A DNA stretch of 30,107 bases, from the IMG/VR virus record IMGVR_UViG_3300025114_000026, positions 1 to 30,107 of that record. One strand, given 5' to 3'. The notes beneath the pieces are model-generated. The model was not told the DNA's origin and ran no database searches. It worked only from the letters and a program-made list of their open reading frames with translations. The translations under genes and the position numbers were made by a program. Below, piece after piece: positions 8,899 through 16,271 of this stretch (position 1 is the first letter of the stretch; every line of letters starts with the position of its first letter). The DNA comes from a virus (Duplodnaviria; Caudoviricetes).

Positions 8899-10661
8899 TG
8901 CCAGCTGTCTCCAAAGCACAACAAAAATTTATGGGAATGGTTCACGGCCTACAAAAAGGTACTGTTAAACCTTCAAAAGTATCTGGTAAAGTTAAGAAAG
9001 TTGCCAAATCTATGAAGAAGAAGTCGGCTAAAGATTTTGCTTCTACTAAACATAAAGGCCTTCCTAAAAAAGTTAAAAGTGAAGCTGTAAATGAAGTTAG
9101 TTTTTCTTCAGTTCCAACAAAAAAATTAGTAAAACAATATAAACAAATGGCAGATGAGAAATTATCTGGTTCAGCTGCATTAACTTTTAGAATGATTGCA
9201 AAAGAATTAATCAAAAGAAAAGCTAAATTAGAATCAGATGTTAAAGAAGGATTTGGTGGTGAGTTGAAAGGTAAAGCTAGACAAAAATTTGAAAAGGCGA
9301 GACAAGAAAACGCAGAAGTATTAGGTTATAAGTTAACAGGTACTAAAGATATAAAAGAATCTATAGAAAAAGCTTTGCACGAAGATATGGATGATGCTGA
9401 ATTAGCAGGAAGAATTAAACATTGGGCGAGTAAACATAAAGGTACAGGAATAGGTTATGGTCATGTACTTGGTCAATTAGCAGTTCATATGAAAGAAATG
9501 GGATGGTCTAAAAGTTTTAAAGAAGTTGTAAAGGTTGCTAAAGAGTTAGCTAAGAAGAAAACAGTTGAATCTACTTTCGCTGTAAAAGGTAAAGAAGATA
9601 AAGATGGGTATAAACATTCTGAAAAACCTGATTTTGAATATGATCCTGAAAAGAAAGACGATGAACCAGAAGATAAAGATAAAAAATTAAGTAAAGGTAT
9701 GGATGATTCAGATGATTATGAGAGAAAGTTTAAAAAGGAATCTGTAAATGAAGTAGATATTTCTAAAATACGTAATCAAATGAATAAAGAAACAACTAAA
9801 ATTAGACACGCCTATGAAATGATGAGAAAATATTCAGGAGATGATGTTAAAAAAGCAGATCATTGGAAAGATGTCGGTAATAAAGCAAAAGATAGAATGA
9901 ACGCTTTACAAGATAGAATTAATGCAGCTCGTAAAAAGGAAGGGTATGGTCGAGGAGAACCCGCAAATATTTATGGTATAGAATATCTTAAACATTCTAA
10001 AGATAGAAAATATAAAAAGGCTTCTTTGACTATGAGTTCTAATCAAGGTAAAAAAACATTTAAAAAAATGACTATGGCTATCCTTAAAAAAGCAGAACAA
10101 CTAAAGAAACAAGAAGGTTGGGCAGAATATAGAATTACAGTTAATGACCAACCATATATTTCTGGTTTTGGTAGAAGATTTGTAAAATATCCAAAACCAC
10201 ATATTAATGAAGTTGTAAATGAAGCTAAAGAAACAGGAACAATTAAAAAGAGTGGTGGATTGTGGTGGGCAGTATTTGATAAAAGAAAAAAATTAAGATT
10301 TGAAGGTAATGTAAATTTTATGGTTAAAGCTCTTAAAATAGTTAGTGGTATGTCAAAAAAACAAGTAATAGATTTATTAAAGGTTACTGTTGGTACTATG
10401 AAGGGAGTTCCATTTAAAGCAGACTTTAGTAAAGATAAGTATGTTAGAACTGAATCCGTAGATGAAGCAAAAGAAACTGCTATTGACGTGGCAAAAAGAG
10501 TTGTTAAAAATAAACAACACGAAAAGGGATTAGATTTAACTACAGCAAACTTTATAGTAAAAATATATGATGCTTATAAAGAGCATCCTAATTTACAAAG
10601 ACAAATGGATAAAATGCCTCTACCAAAAATGGTTAAGCTAGCTTATAGGGTGATGAAATGA
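8898..10661 (+). CDS. Lys-rich multi-module putative internal head (poly)protein with N-terminal DUF3008-like domain
   Basis: N-terminus MPAVSKAQQKFMG...KDFASTKHKGLP resembles DUF3008 as I recall it. Modules are separated by EAVNE, ESDVKE, ALHE, TVE, ESVNE, INEVVNE and ESVDE. TAATG and ATGA overlaps couple it to its neighbours. Confidence 0.75.
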   Translation: MPAVSKAQQKFMGMVHGLQKGTVKPSKVSGKVKKVAKSMKKKSAKDFASTKHKGLPKKVKSEAVNEVSFSSVPTKKLVKQYKQMADEKLSGSAALTFRMIAKELIKRKAKLESDVKEGFGGELKGKARQKFEKARQENAEVLGYKLTGTKDIKESIEKALHEDMDDAELAGRIKHWASKHKGTGIGYGHVLGQLAVHMKEMGWSKSFKEVVKVAKELAKKKTVESTFAVKGKEDKDGYKHSEKPDFEYDPEKKDDEPEDKDKKLSKGMDDSDDYERKFKKESVNEVDISKIRNQMNKETTKIRHAYEMMRKYSGDDVKKADHWKDVGNKAKDRMNALQDRINAARKKEGYGRGEPANIYGIEYLKHSKDRKYKKASLTMSSNQGKKTFKKMTMAILKKAEQLKKQEGWAEYRITVNDQPYISGFGRRFVKYPKPHINEVVNEAKETGTIKKSGGLWWAVFDKRKKLRFEGNVNFMVKALKIVSGMSKKQVIDLLKVTVGTMKGVPFKADFSKDKYVRTESVDEAKETAIDVAKRVVKNKQHEKGLDLTTANFIVKIYDAYKEHPNLQRQMDKMPLPKMVKLAYRVMK

Positions 10662-11044
10662 TTAAGTTAAAAGAAATTATAAAAGAAAGTAAATTCGCAT
10701 TTGATAGAAAGTTTGGAGAACCACTGCCTACTTTAAAAGATACAATGGAGAAACATACTGGTAGAACGTTAACTGAAAAGAAAGAGTTAGATTCTAAAAC
10801 TATTGGGTATATTACACGAATGACAAATACTAATAATCATAATGCGGCTAGACATATGTTAGCCAGTGACTTTCTTGGTAAGAATTCACCATTAGTTACA
10901 TCTTATAAAGCTTTAATGACATTACATGATTATCTTAGAGATATGCATGATTTAACAAAAGTTCGAGATAAATTGGATAAAAAATTGTTCGCGGGAGCAG
11001 AAAGAGTATATAGTAATATGGATGATATACATAAGGCATTTTAA
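10658..11044 (+). CDS. Putative internal head protein with MIKLKEIIKE leader
   Basis: N-terminus paralogous to 7920..8279; ATGA overlap with the upstream gene. Confidence 0.7.
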   Translation: MIKLKEIIKESKFAFDRKFGEPLPTLKDTMEKHTGRTLTEKKELDSKTIGYITRMTNTNNHNAARHMLASDFLGKNSPLVTSYKALMTLHDYLRDMHDLTKVRDKLDKKLFAGAERVYSNMDDIHKAF

Positions 11045-11283
11045 TGAAAATAACTACAACACAACTTAAAAAAATGATTAGAGAAGAACTTCTTAAAGAA
11101 GCTCCTTATATGGAACCAGATGAATTGGGGGAAGAATTAGAATATAGACTTGGTATTTTAGGAGCCGCAATTAGAAAACATTCAAAACATTCAGCTAAAT
11201 GGGCAGAAAAAATGTATAGAAGTGCACCAGCCACTATTAAAATGGTTGATACTTTAATAAAAGTATTAACGAAGATGAAATGA
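11044..11283 (+). CDS. Putative internal head protein (MKITTTQLKKMIREELLKE leader)
   Basis: 79 aa, TAATG coupling, leader ends LLKE|A. Confidence 0.7.
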   Translation: MKITTTQLKKMIREELLKEAPYMEPDELGEELEYRLGILGAAIRKHSKHSAKWAEKMYRSAPATIKMVDTLIKVLTKMK

Positions 11284-11711
11284 GTAAAAAATCAATATAT
11301 AAAAAATTAATGATTGAAAGTACTTTTGCTCAACCACCGAGAGAAGCAACAGATGTTATAGCTAATAATGTTGATGCATATGATTTTTTTACAAGTAAAT
11401 CAGTATTTAAAACTGAAGTAGATGAAGTGTCATTTACAGGAATGAAATTTAGTTCACCAGAAGCAAAAATACAAGTAGATAAAGATATAACAGTAATGTC
11501 AAACTATTTAGGTAAAGCATCTCAACAAGTTATTAAAACTATGATGGATGGAGTAAAAGGTGGAAAATATGATGCTATGGACTTGGCAAGAGGTATACAA
11601 ACAGGTCCAACTAAAAGAACTCATTATGGTGAAGATGAATTTATACAACAGCTGTGGACTAAAGTAAGAGACGGATTTAGAAGATACTCTAAAAGAAGTA
11701 GATTAAGATAG
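11280..11711 (+). CDS. Putative internal head protein
   Basis: 143 aa, ATGA coupling; leader ends LMIE|STFA, and E|STFA also occurs in the 587-aa protein. Confidence 0.7.
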   Translation: MSKKSIYKKLMIESTFAQPPREATDVIANNVDAYDFFTSKSVFKTEVDEVSFTGMKFSSPEAKIQVDKDITVMSNYLGKASQQVIKTMMDGVKGGKYDAMDLARGIQTGPTKRTHYGEDEFIQQLWTKVRDGFRRYSKRSRLR

Positions 11712-11737
11712 TTTATAACGAAAAATTTAGATAACTT

Positions 11738-11746
11738 ATATTTATA
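11738..11746 (+). promoter_or_regulatory. Putative late promoter motif ATATTTATA (would drive the 164-aa, 224-aa and bS21 genes)
   Basis: Recurrent intergenic motif. Confidence 0.65.
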
Positions 11747-11788
11747 TATGAAAACACAAAATATCTATTATAGATTAGGAGATTAACA

Positions 11789-12283
11789 ATGGCAGCAGTA
11801 ACAAGAAACTCATTAAAAGGGGCGCTTTCCGAAGTAGTCAGCTATGATGGGGGAAACAATCTTGGTAAAAACATGGACTTGTTAGTTGACAATATTAGAG
11901 ATAAAGAAGTCATTGATGGTTCAGGTGGTGATGTAACATTAACCGCCGATCAATCAGGTGGTACTGTTTTTGCTGGCGGTGGAGCCAGAACAATAACATT
12001 ACCAGTTGTAGCATCGGGATTAAACTTTAAAGTTGTTAGTACAACCGCACATGATCATGTTATATCAAGTTCCGCTGGTACATCTTTACTTAATGGTTGG
12101 TTCCTTGATTCATCTAATGATACATCAGACGGAGCTACAGCAATAACAAAAGGTGATAGTCAAGCAGGTATGACATTAGCAAATGTAGTTATCGGTGAAA
12201 CACTTGATATTTGTACTGATGGTACAGAGTGGTACATGACAGCACCCGGTTCTTTGAATGATACACCAGTTTTTACACCTTAA
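11789..12283 (+). CDS. Putative beta-rich virion protein (decoration or head-fibre-like)
   Basis: AGGAG SD; TLTADQSGGTVF...TITLP...GLNFKVV...CTDGTEWY pattern resembles phage beta-sandwich virion domains. Confidence 0.6.
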   Translation: MAAVTRNSLKGALSEVVSYDGGNNLGKNMDLLVDNIRDKEVIDGSGGDVTLTADQSGGTVFAGGGARTITLPVVASGLNFKVVSTTAHDHVISSSAGTSLLNGWFLDSSNDTSDGATAITKGDSQAGMTLANVVIGETLDICTDGTEWYMTAPGSLNDTPVFTP

Positions 12284-12309
12284 TAAATACATTTAGCTGA
12301 GGACATATT

Positions 12310-12984
12310 ATGTCTAAAAAAATAAAACTAAAAGATTTATTAGAAGAAAACTTTTCCGGTACTATGTTGGGAGGTGTTGTATCAAAAACACCATTTCATA
12401 ACGATATTAGTTTATCTAAAATCGTAAAAGAAAAGTATGGTGACGTAGAAGAAGAAAAAGTTGATATAAAAGGATTAACTAATGAAATTTCTAATTTTAA
12501 TTCTTTAAGTAAAAATATATTTGGTAAATCTAATATTAATCAGATTGCAGAAAAACTTAGTTGGATTGCAAAACAAGCTCATTCTCATACTCTTCAAGAA
12601 ACAGAGGATTGGTTTGATAAAATTACAGTTAATCGTAATATGAAAGAATTAACTGGACTTTCTAATAATTTTAGTAAAATAGCATCTGAAGCTAAATCAC
12701 TTCAAGAAAGAATGGGTGCATTATATGAAGATATGGGTAACATTCTTGGTAGATATTATGAAATAGGTGAAACAAAATCTTATAGACACGGTGATGAAGT
12801 TGATGATGAAGATAATGCTGAAGTAAAAGAAGTAGAAGGTGATAAGGCTGAATATGAAAAGTTTTTTAGGGCTGCCTTAAAGAAATTTGGAGTTTCAGAA
12901 CCAGATAAGTTACCTGATGACAAGAAAAAAGAGTTTTATAATTATATAGATGCTAATTGGAAGGGTGATACTGAGTCTGATTAG
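12310..12984 (+). CDS. Putative prohead core/internal protein (MSKKIKLKDLLEE leader)
   Basis: GAGG SD, coiled-coil centre, C-terminal module YEKFFRAALKKFGV...KKKEFYNYIDANWK after VKEVE. Confidence 0.7.
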   Translation: MSKKIKLKDLLEENFSGTMLGGVVSKTPFHNDISLSKIVKEKYGDVEEEKVDIKGLTNEISNFNSLSKNIFGKSNINQIAEKLSWIAKQAHSHTLQETEDWFDKITVNRNMKELTGLSNNFSKIASEAKSLQERMGALYEDMGNILGRYYEIGETKSYRHGDEVDDEDNAEVKEVEGDKAEYEKFFRAALKKFGVSEPDKLPDDKKKEFYNYIDANWKGDTESD

Positions 12985-12993
12985 AGGTTTTAA

Positions 12994-13179
12994 TTGATAT
13001 ATATAAAGGTTCATAAAAATAATATAGATAAAGCATTAAATGTTTTAAAAAAACAAGTCAAAGAAACTAAATTGATGTTAACTTTAAAAGAACGTGAGTT
13101 TTATAGAAAACCATCAGAAATAAGACGCGAGAAACGGGCAAAAGCGAGACTTAGAAGTAAAAAAGCGTTCGATTATTGA
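12994..13179 (+). CDS. rpsU: Phage-encoded 30S ribosomal protein bS21
   Basis: 61-aa basic protein IKV..NNIDKALNVLKKQV...LKEREFYRKPSEIRR...KA matching the bS21 signature; TTG start with AGAGGT SD. Confidence 0.92.
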   Translation: MIYIKVHKNNIDKALNVLKKQVKETKLMLTLKEREFYRKPSEIRREKRAKARLRSKKAFDY

Positions 13180-13198
13180 ATGTTTTTTTGATTGTTAT

Positions 13199-13207
13199 AT
13201 ATTTATA
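13199..13207 (+). promoter_or_regulatory. Putative late promoter motif ATATTTATA for the scaffold-capsid operon
   Basis: Recurrent intergenic motif. Confidence 0.65.
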
Positions 13208-13217
13208 TATACAAAAA

Positions 13218-13290
13218 TACACTACGGTTTTTCAACCATCATGTAGTGTAATCTAAAGTGTTAATCACATTATAGTTCCCAATAACTATA
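13218..13290 (+). promoter_or_regulatory. Structured 5' leader with three stem-loops upstream of the scaffold gene
   Basis: TACACTAC (13218-25) pairs with GTAGTGTA (13243-50) and encloses GGTT-TTTC-AACC; GTG-TTAAT-CAC (13258-68); TATAGTT-CCCAAT-AACTATA (13271-90). Confidence 0.6.
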
Positions 13291-13316
13291 TTAATTACTA
13301 AGTATGGAGAAAAGTA

Positions 13317-14468
13317 ATGGATGATCTTTTAAAAGAAGCCATTGCAGATGCCAAAGCAGTTCGTGAAACAGCTCTTGAAAATGCTAAAATAGCATTAGAA
13401 GAAGCTTTTACACCACGCCTACAGTCTATGCTTTCTAAGAAAATTCAATCTGAAATTGAAGTTGATGAACAAGAAGACGAAATGGAAGATGATGAAGAGG
13501 AAGAGGAAGCTCCTGAAGAAGGAATGACTTACGAAGAAGAAGATCCAGCTGATGATGAATCTGAAGATGAAATGGATGTCGAAGAACAAGCCGACGAAAT
13601 GGAAGATGAAGATGAAGAAGAGATGGATATGGAAGGTGTAGTTGAGATTGATGGTGTTAAATATGCACCAGTCGTGTCTGAACAAGATGATGAAGAAGCT
13701 GAAGAAGAGGAAGAGGAAATGGAAGAATCCGATGATCTTGACCTTGAAGCAGTACTTCGTGAACTTGAAGATGATGAAGTTTCAGAAGACAACGAACCGG
13801 TAGATAGTGAAGTGTCTGAACAAGAAGATGAAGACGCCGAAGAAGATGAAGAAGAAGATGTTGACGAAGAAGTTGACAAATCTTCAGGAGTCGGTAAAGG
13901 CGATAATCATAAAGGCGAATCAGACCAATCTTCAGCTACAGGTTCAAAAGATAAAGCTAAACATCATGAATCAGTTGAAAAAACTGACGAAGATGTTAGC
14001 GAATCTGATGAAGAAGTCGAAGAAGAAATTGATCTCGAAGAAGTCATTAAAGCCCTTTCTGAAGAGGAAGTTGATGAAGAAGAAAAAGATAAGGTCGAAA
14101 GTCTTCAGGCTGAACTTGACGAGCATCGCAATGTCGTTAAATACTTACGTACTAAATTGAATGAAGTTAACTTGCTCAATGCAAAACTACTTTTCACAAA
14201 TAAACTTTTCCGTTCGTTTGGTCTAACCAATGAACAGAAAATGAAAGTTGTGGAGAATTTTGATAGAGCTTATAACCTTCGTGAAGTCAAATTGGTTTAT
14301 TCCACATTGGCTGAATCTTTTGGTACGAAGAAACATAAAACAGAGATTAAAGAAACTAAAGGCTCAGCATCTAAAGCAGTAGCCTCTACAAAATCTGAAA
14401 AACAGGAAGTAATTGCTGAAGGATCAGAATTGAGAGACCGCTTTAAGAAGCTAGCGGGTATTCTTTAA
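13317..14468 (+). CDS. Prohead scaffolding protein (T4 gp22 analogue), extremely acidic
   Basis: Directly upstream of the capsid gene; N-terminal helix LLKEAIADAKAVRETALENAKIALEEAF, Asp/Glu-rich centre, C-terminal coiled coil ending RFKKLAGIL; GGAG SD. Confidence 0.85.
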   Translation: MDDLLKEAIADAKAVRETALENAKIALEEAFTPRLQSMLSKKIQSEIEVDEQEDEMEDDEEEEEAPEEGMTYEEEDPADDESEDEMDVEEQADEMEDEDEEEMDMEGVVEIDGVKYAPVVSEQDDEEAEEEEEEMEESDDLDLEAVLRELEDDEVSEDNEPVDSEVSEQEDEDAEEDEEEDVDEEVDKSSGVGKGDNHKGESDQSSATGSKDKAKHHESVEKTDEDVSESDEEVEEEIDLEEVIKALSEEEVDEEEKDKVESLQAELDEHRNVVKYLRTKLNEVNLLNAKLLFTNKLFRSFGLTNEQKMKVVENFDRAYNLREVKLVYSTLAESFGTKKHKTEIKETKGSASKAVASTKSEKQEVIAEGSELRDRFKKLAGIL

Positions 14469-14488
14469 TAATTTTTTGGAGAAATATA

Positions 14489-16141
14489 ATGTCTAAAAAT
14501 CTTGGTACAATTGAAAAGTTGATGGACGGATTCAATCCGTATCGTCAGCGCATGGAAGAAACCCGTGGTTTGGTCAAGAAATGGGAACCGACAGGATTGT
14601 TGGAAGGTATAGACGAAGAACAGAGAGTTCAAGGAATGGCATGTTTACTTGAGAACCAAGCTCGTCAATTGATTGATGAAGCAAGTTCTACAGGTACATC
14701 ATCTAATTCTGAAGAATGGTCTGGCGTCGCATTACCATTGGTTCGTAAAATCTTTGGTGAATTGGCAGCACAGGAATTCGTTTCTGTTCAACCGATGAAT
14801 CTTCCTTCCGGTCTGATTTTCTATCTTGATTTCAAATACGGTACAGCTCAACCTGGCGTAACCGCCGGTGAGCAGGTATTCGGTGTAACTTCTGGTTCTG
14901 ATAGTGATCCTACAGCGGGTCTCTACGGAGCAGGTGCATTTGGATATTCAATCAACGAATCAGTAACAGGTGCAGTAGCAACTATTATATCTAGCTCAGC
15001 TAATTGGTCTGATGTAGACTTTGAACCTTCATTGTCCGCGTCAATAGCAGCAAGTAGCTTGAAAAGATATGATATACCGAAAGCTAATTTTAGCAACCCT
15101 GATTATGAAGGCGCAAGAGCTTGGGAACCAACAGGTTCAGAAGCTTTTACAGCTTACTATCCAGCATATACTAAAACTATATCTGGTTCAAAAGCAGGTG
15201 GAACTCAAGTATCACCTTCTGATACTTCTTTATCTCATGTGAGATTTATTGTTGATGAAGGCTCAGCGACACCAGTCGCTACAGTTTCAGTACGCTATCA
15301 TAAAGCGCCGACTGATGTAACACGTGGTGACTTTGAAGCATCCAGTGGTTTGACTTCAAACCCTGAAACTGATGTTGGTATACCTGAGATTGATATTTCA
15401 ATGCGATCTATTCCAATAGTAGCAAAAACACGTAAACTGAAAGCAGTTTGGACTCCTGAGTTAGCTCAAGACCTTAACGCTTATCATAGTGTTGACGCTG
15501 AAGCAGAACTTACTTCACTATTGAGTGAGTATGTTTCGATGGAAATTGATCTTGAAATACTTGATATGCTTCGATTGAACGCAGCAGCTAAGACAGAACG
15601 TTGGTCTGCAAGAGTTGGCTATGAATATAATTCAGCCAATACAAACTTTGTAGAATCTTCAGGTGCATCTAATGCATACACTAAAGGTGAGTGGTTCCAG
15701 ACTCTTGGAAACAAAATCCAAAGTGTAAGTAATGCGATTCATCAGAAGACACTCCGTGGTGGTGCTAACTGGATGGTTGTTTCACCTGAAACAGCTACAG
15801 TCCTCGAATCTATTCCTGGATATGCAACATCTGCAGATGGAGACGCAACAACTAAGTCTTACGCAATGGGCGTACAGAAAGCCGGTATGTTGAACAATCG
15901 CTATACAGTTTACAAGAACCCATATCAATTTGAGAATGTGATTCTTGTTGGTTTCCGTGGAAGTAATTTCCTCGAAACTGGTGCTGTATATGCACCGTAT
16001 GTACCTCTTATCATGACACCATTGGTGTATGATCCTAAGAACTTCACACCTCGTAAGGGTGTGATGACCAGATACGCGAAGAAAATCGTGCGTCCGGAAT
16101 TCTATGGTAAAGTCATTGTTGCTGATGTAAACTATGTTTAA
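14489..16141 (+). CDS. gp23: Major capsid protein (T4 gp23-like)
   Basis: LLENQ, VQPMNLPSGLIFYL, AKTRKLKAVWTPELAQDLNAYHSVDAEAEL, YAPYVPL, FTPRKGVMTRY; probable maturation site LIDE64|A comparable to T4 gp23 E65|A. Confidence 0.97.
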   Translation: MSKNLGTIEKLMDGFNPYRQRMEETRGLVKKWEPTGLLEGIDEEQRVQGMACLLENQARQLIDEASSTGTSSNSEEWSGVALPLVRKIFGELAAQEFVSVQPMNLPSGLIFYLDFKYGTAQPGVTAGEQVFGVTSGSDSDPTAGLYGAGAFGYSINESVTGAVATIISSSANWSDVDFEPSLSASIAASSLKRYDIPKANFSNPDYEGARAWEPTGSEAFTAYYPAYTKTISGSKAGGTQVSPSDTSLSHVRFIVDEGSATPVATVSVRYHKAPTDVTRGDFEASSGLTSNPETDVGIPEIDISMRSIPIVAKTRKLKAVWTPELAQDLNAYHSVDAEAELTSLLSEYVSMEIDLEILDMLRLNAAAKTERWSARVGYEYNSANTNFVESSGASNAYTKGEWFQTLGNKIQSVSNAIHQKTLRGGANWMVVSPETATVLESIPGYATSADGDATTKSYAMGVQKAGMLNNRYTVYKNPYQFENVILVGFRGSNFLETGAVYAPYVPLIMTPLVYDPKNFTPRKGVMTRYAKKIVRPEFYGKVIVADVNYV

Positions 16142-16180
16142 TAGTTAGCAATATAGGCTGTACTTAGGGTACAACTAAAT

Positions 16181-16212
16181 AAAAAGGGTGGGTTTATACT
16201 CACCCTTTTTTT
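16181..16212 (+). terminator. Rho-independent terminator after the major capsid gene
   Basis: AAAAAGGGTGGGT-TTAT-ACTCACCCTTTTTTT hairpin (one G-U pair) with a T tract; the flanking A tract could allow bidirectional use. Confidence 0.9.
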
Positions 16213-16229
16213 GTTTCTTGCAGTTCTTT

Positions 16230-16237
16230 ATATTTAT
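16230..16237 (+). promoter_or_regulatory. Putative late promoter motif ATATTTAT for the neck genes
   Basis: Recurrent motif, located just after the capsid terminator where transcription must restart. Confidence 0.7.
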
Positions 16238-16271
16238 TAATGAATAAATGTATTTAATTTAGGAGAATAAT

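Noticed and set aside
889-10100. Minus-strand ORFs at 889, 5290, 7555, 8443, 8942 and 9906
   Set aside because: They lie antisense to well-supported plus-strand genes in a uniformly plus-strand operon and have no recognisable motifs.
1893-13207. Minus-strand T4-type TATAAATA promoters driving antisense transcripts
   Set aside because: No credible minus-strand genes exist, and each motif lies just upstream of a plus-strand gene start, so sense-strand function is more parsimonious.
13419-14160. Alternative ORFs over the scaffold gene (13419..13685 -, 13529..13879 - poly-Ser, 13807..14160 + Lys-rich)
   Set aside because: They are shadows of the GAA/GAT-rich acidic coding sequence, which lacks stops in other frames; no SD or independent features.
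16142-16177. Extra hairpin (TGTAC-TTAGG-GTACA with flanking TAGTT/AACTA) before the capsid terminator, considered as a tRNA or ncRNA
   Set aside because: Too short and weak, with no cloverleaf or T-loop motif; at most part of the capsid mRNA 3' end structure.
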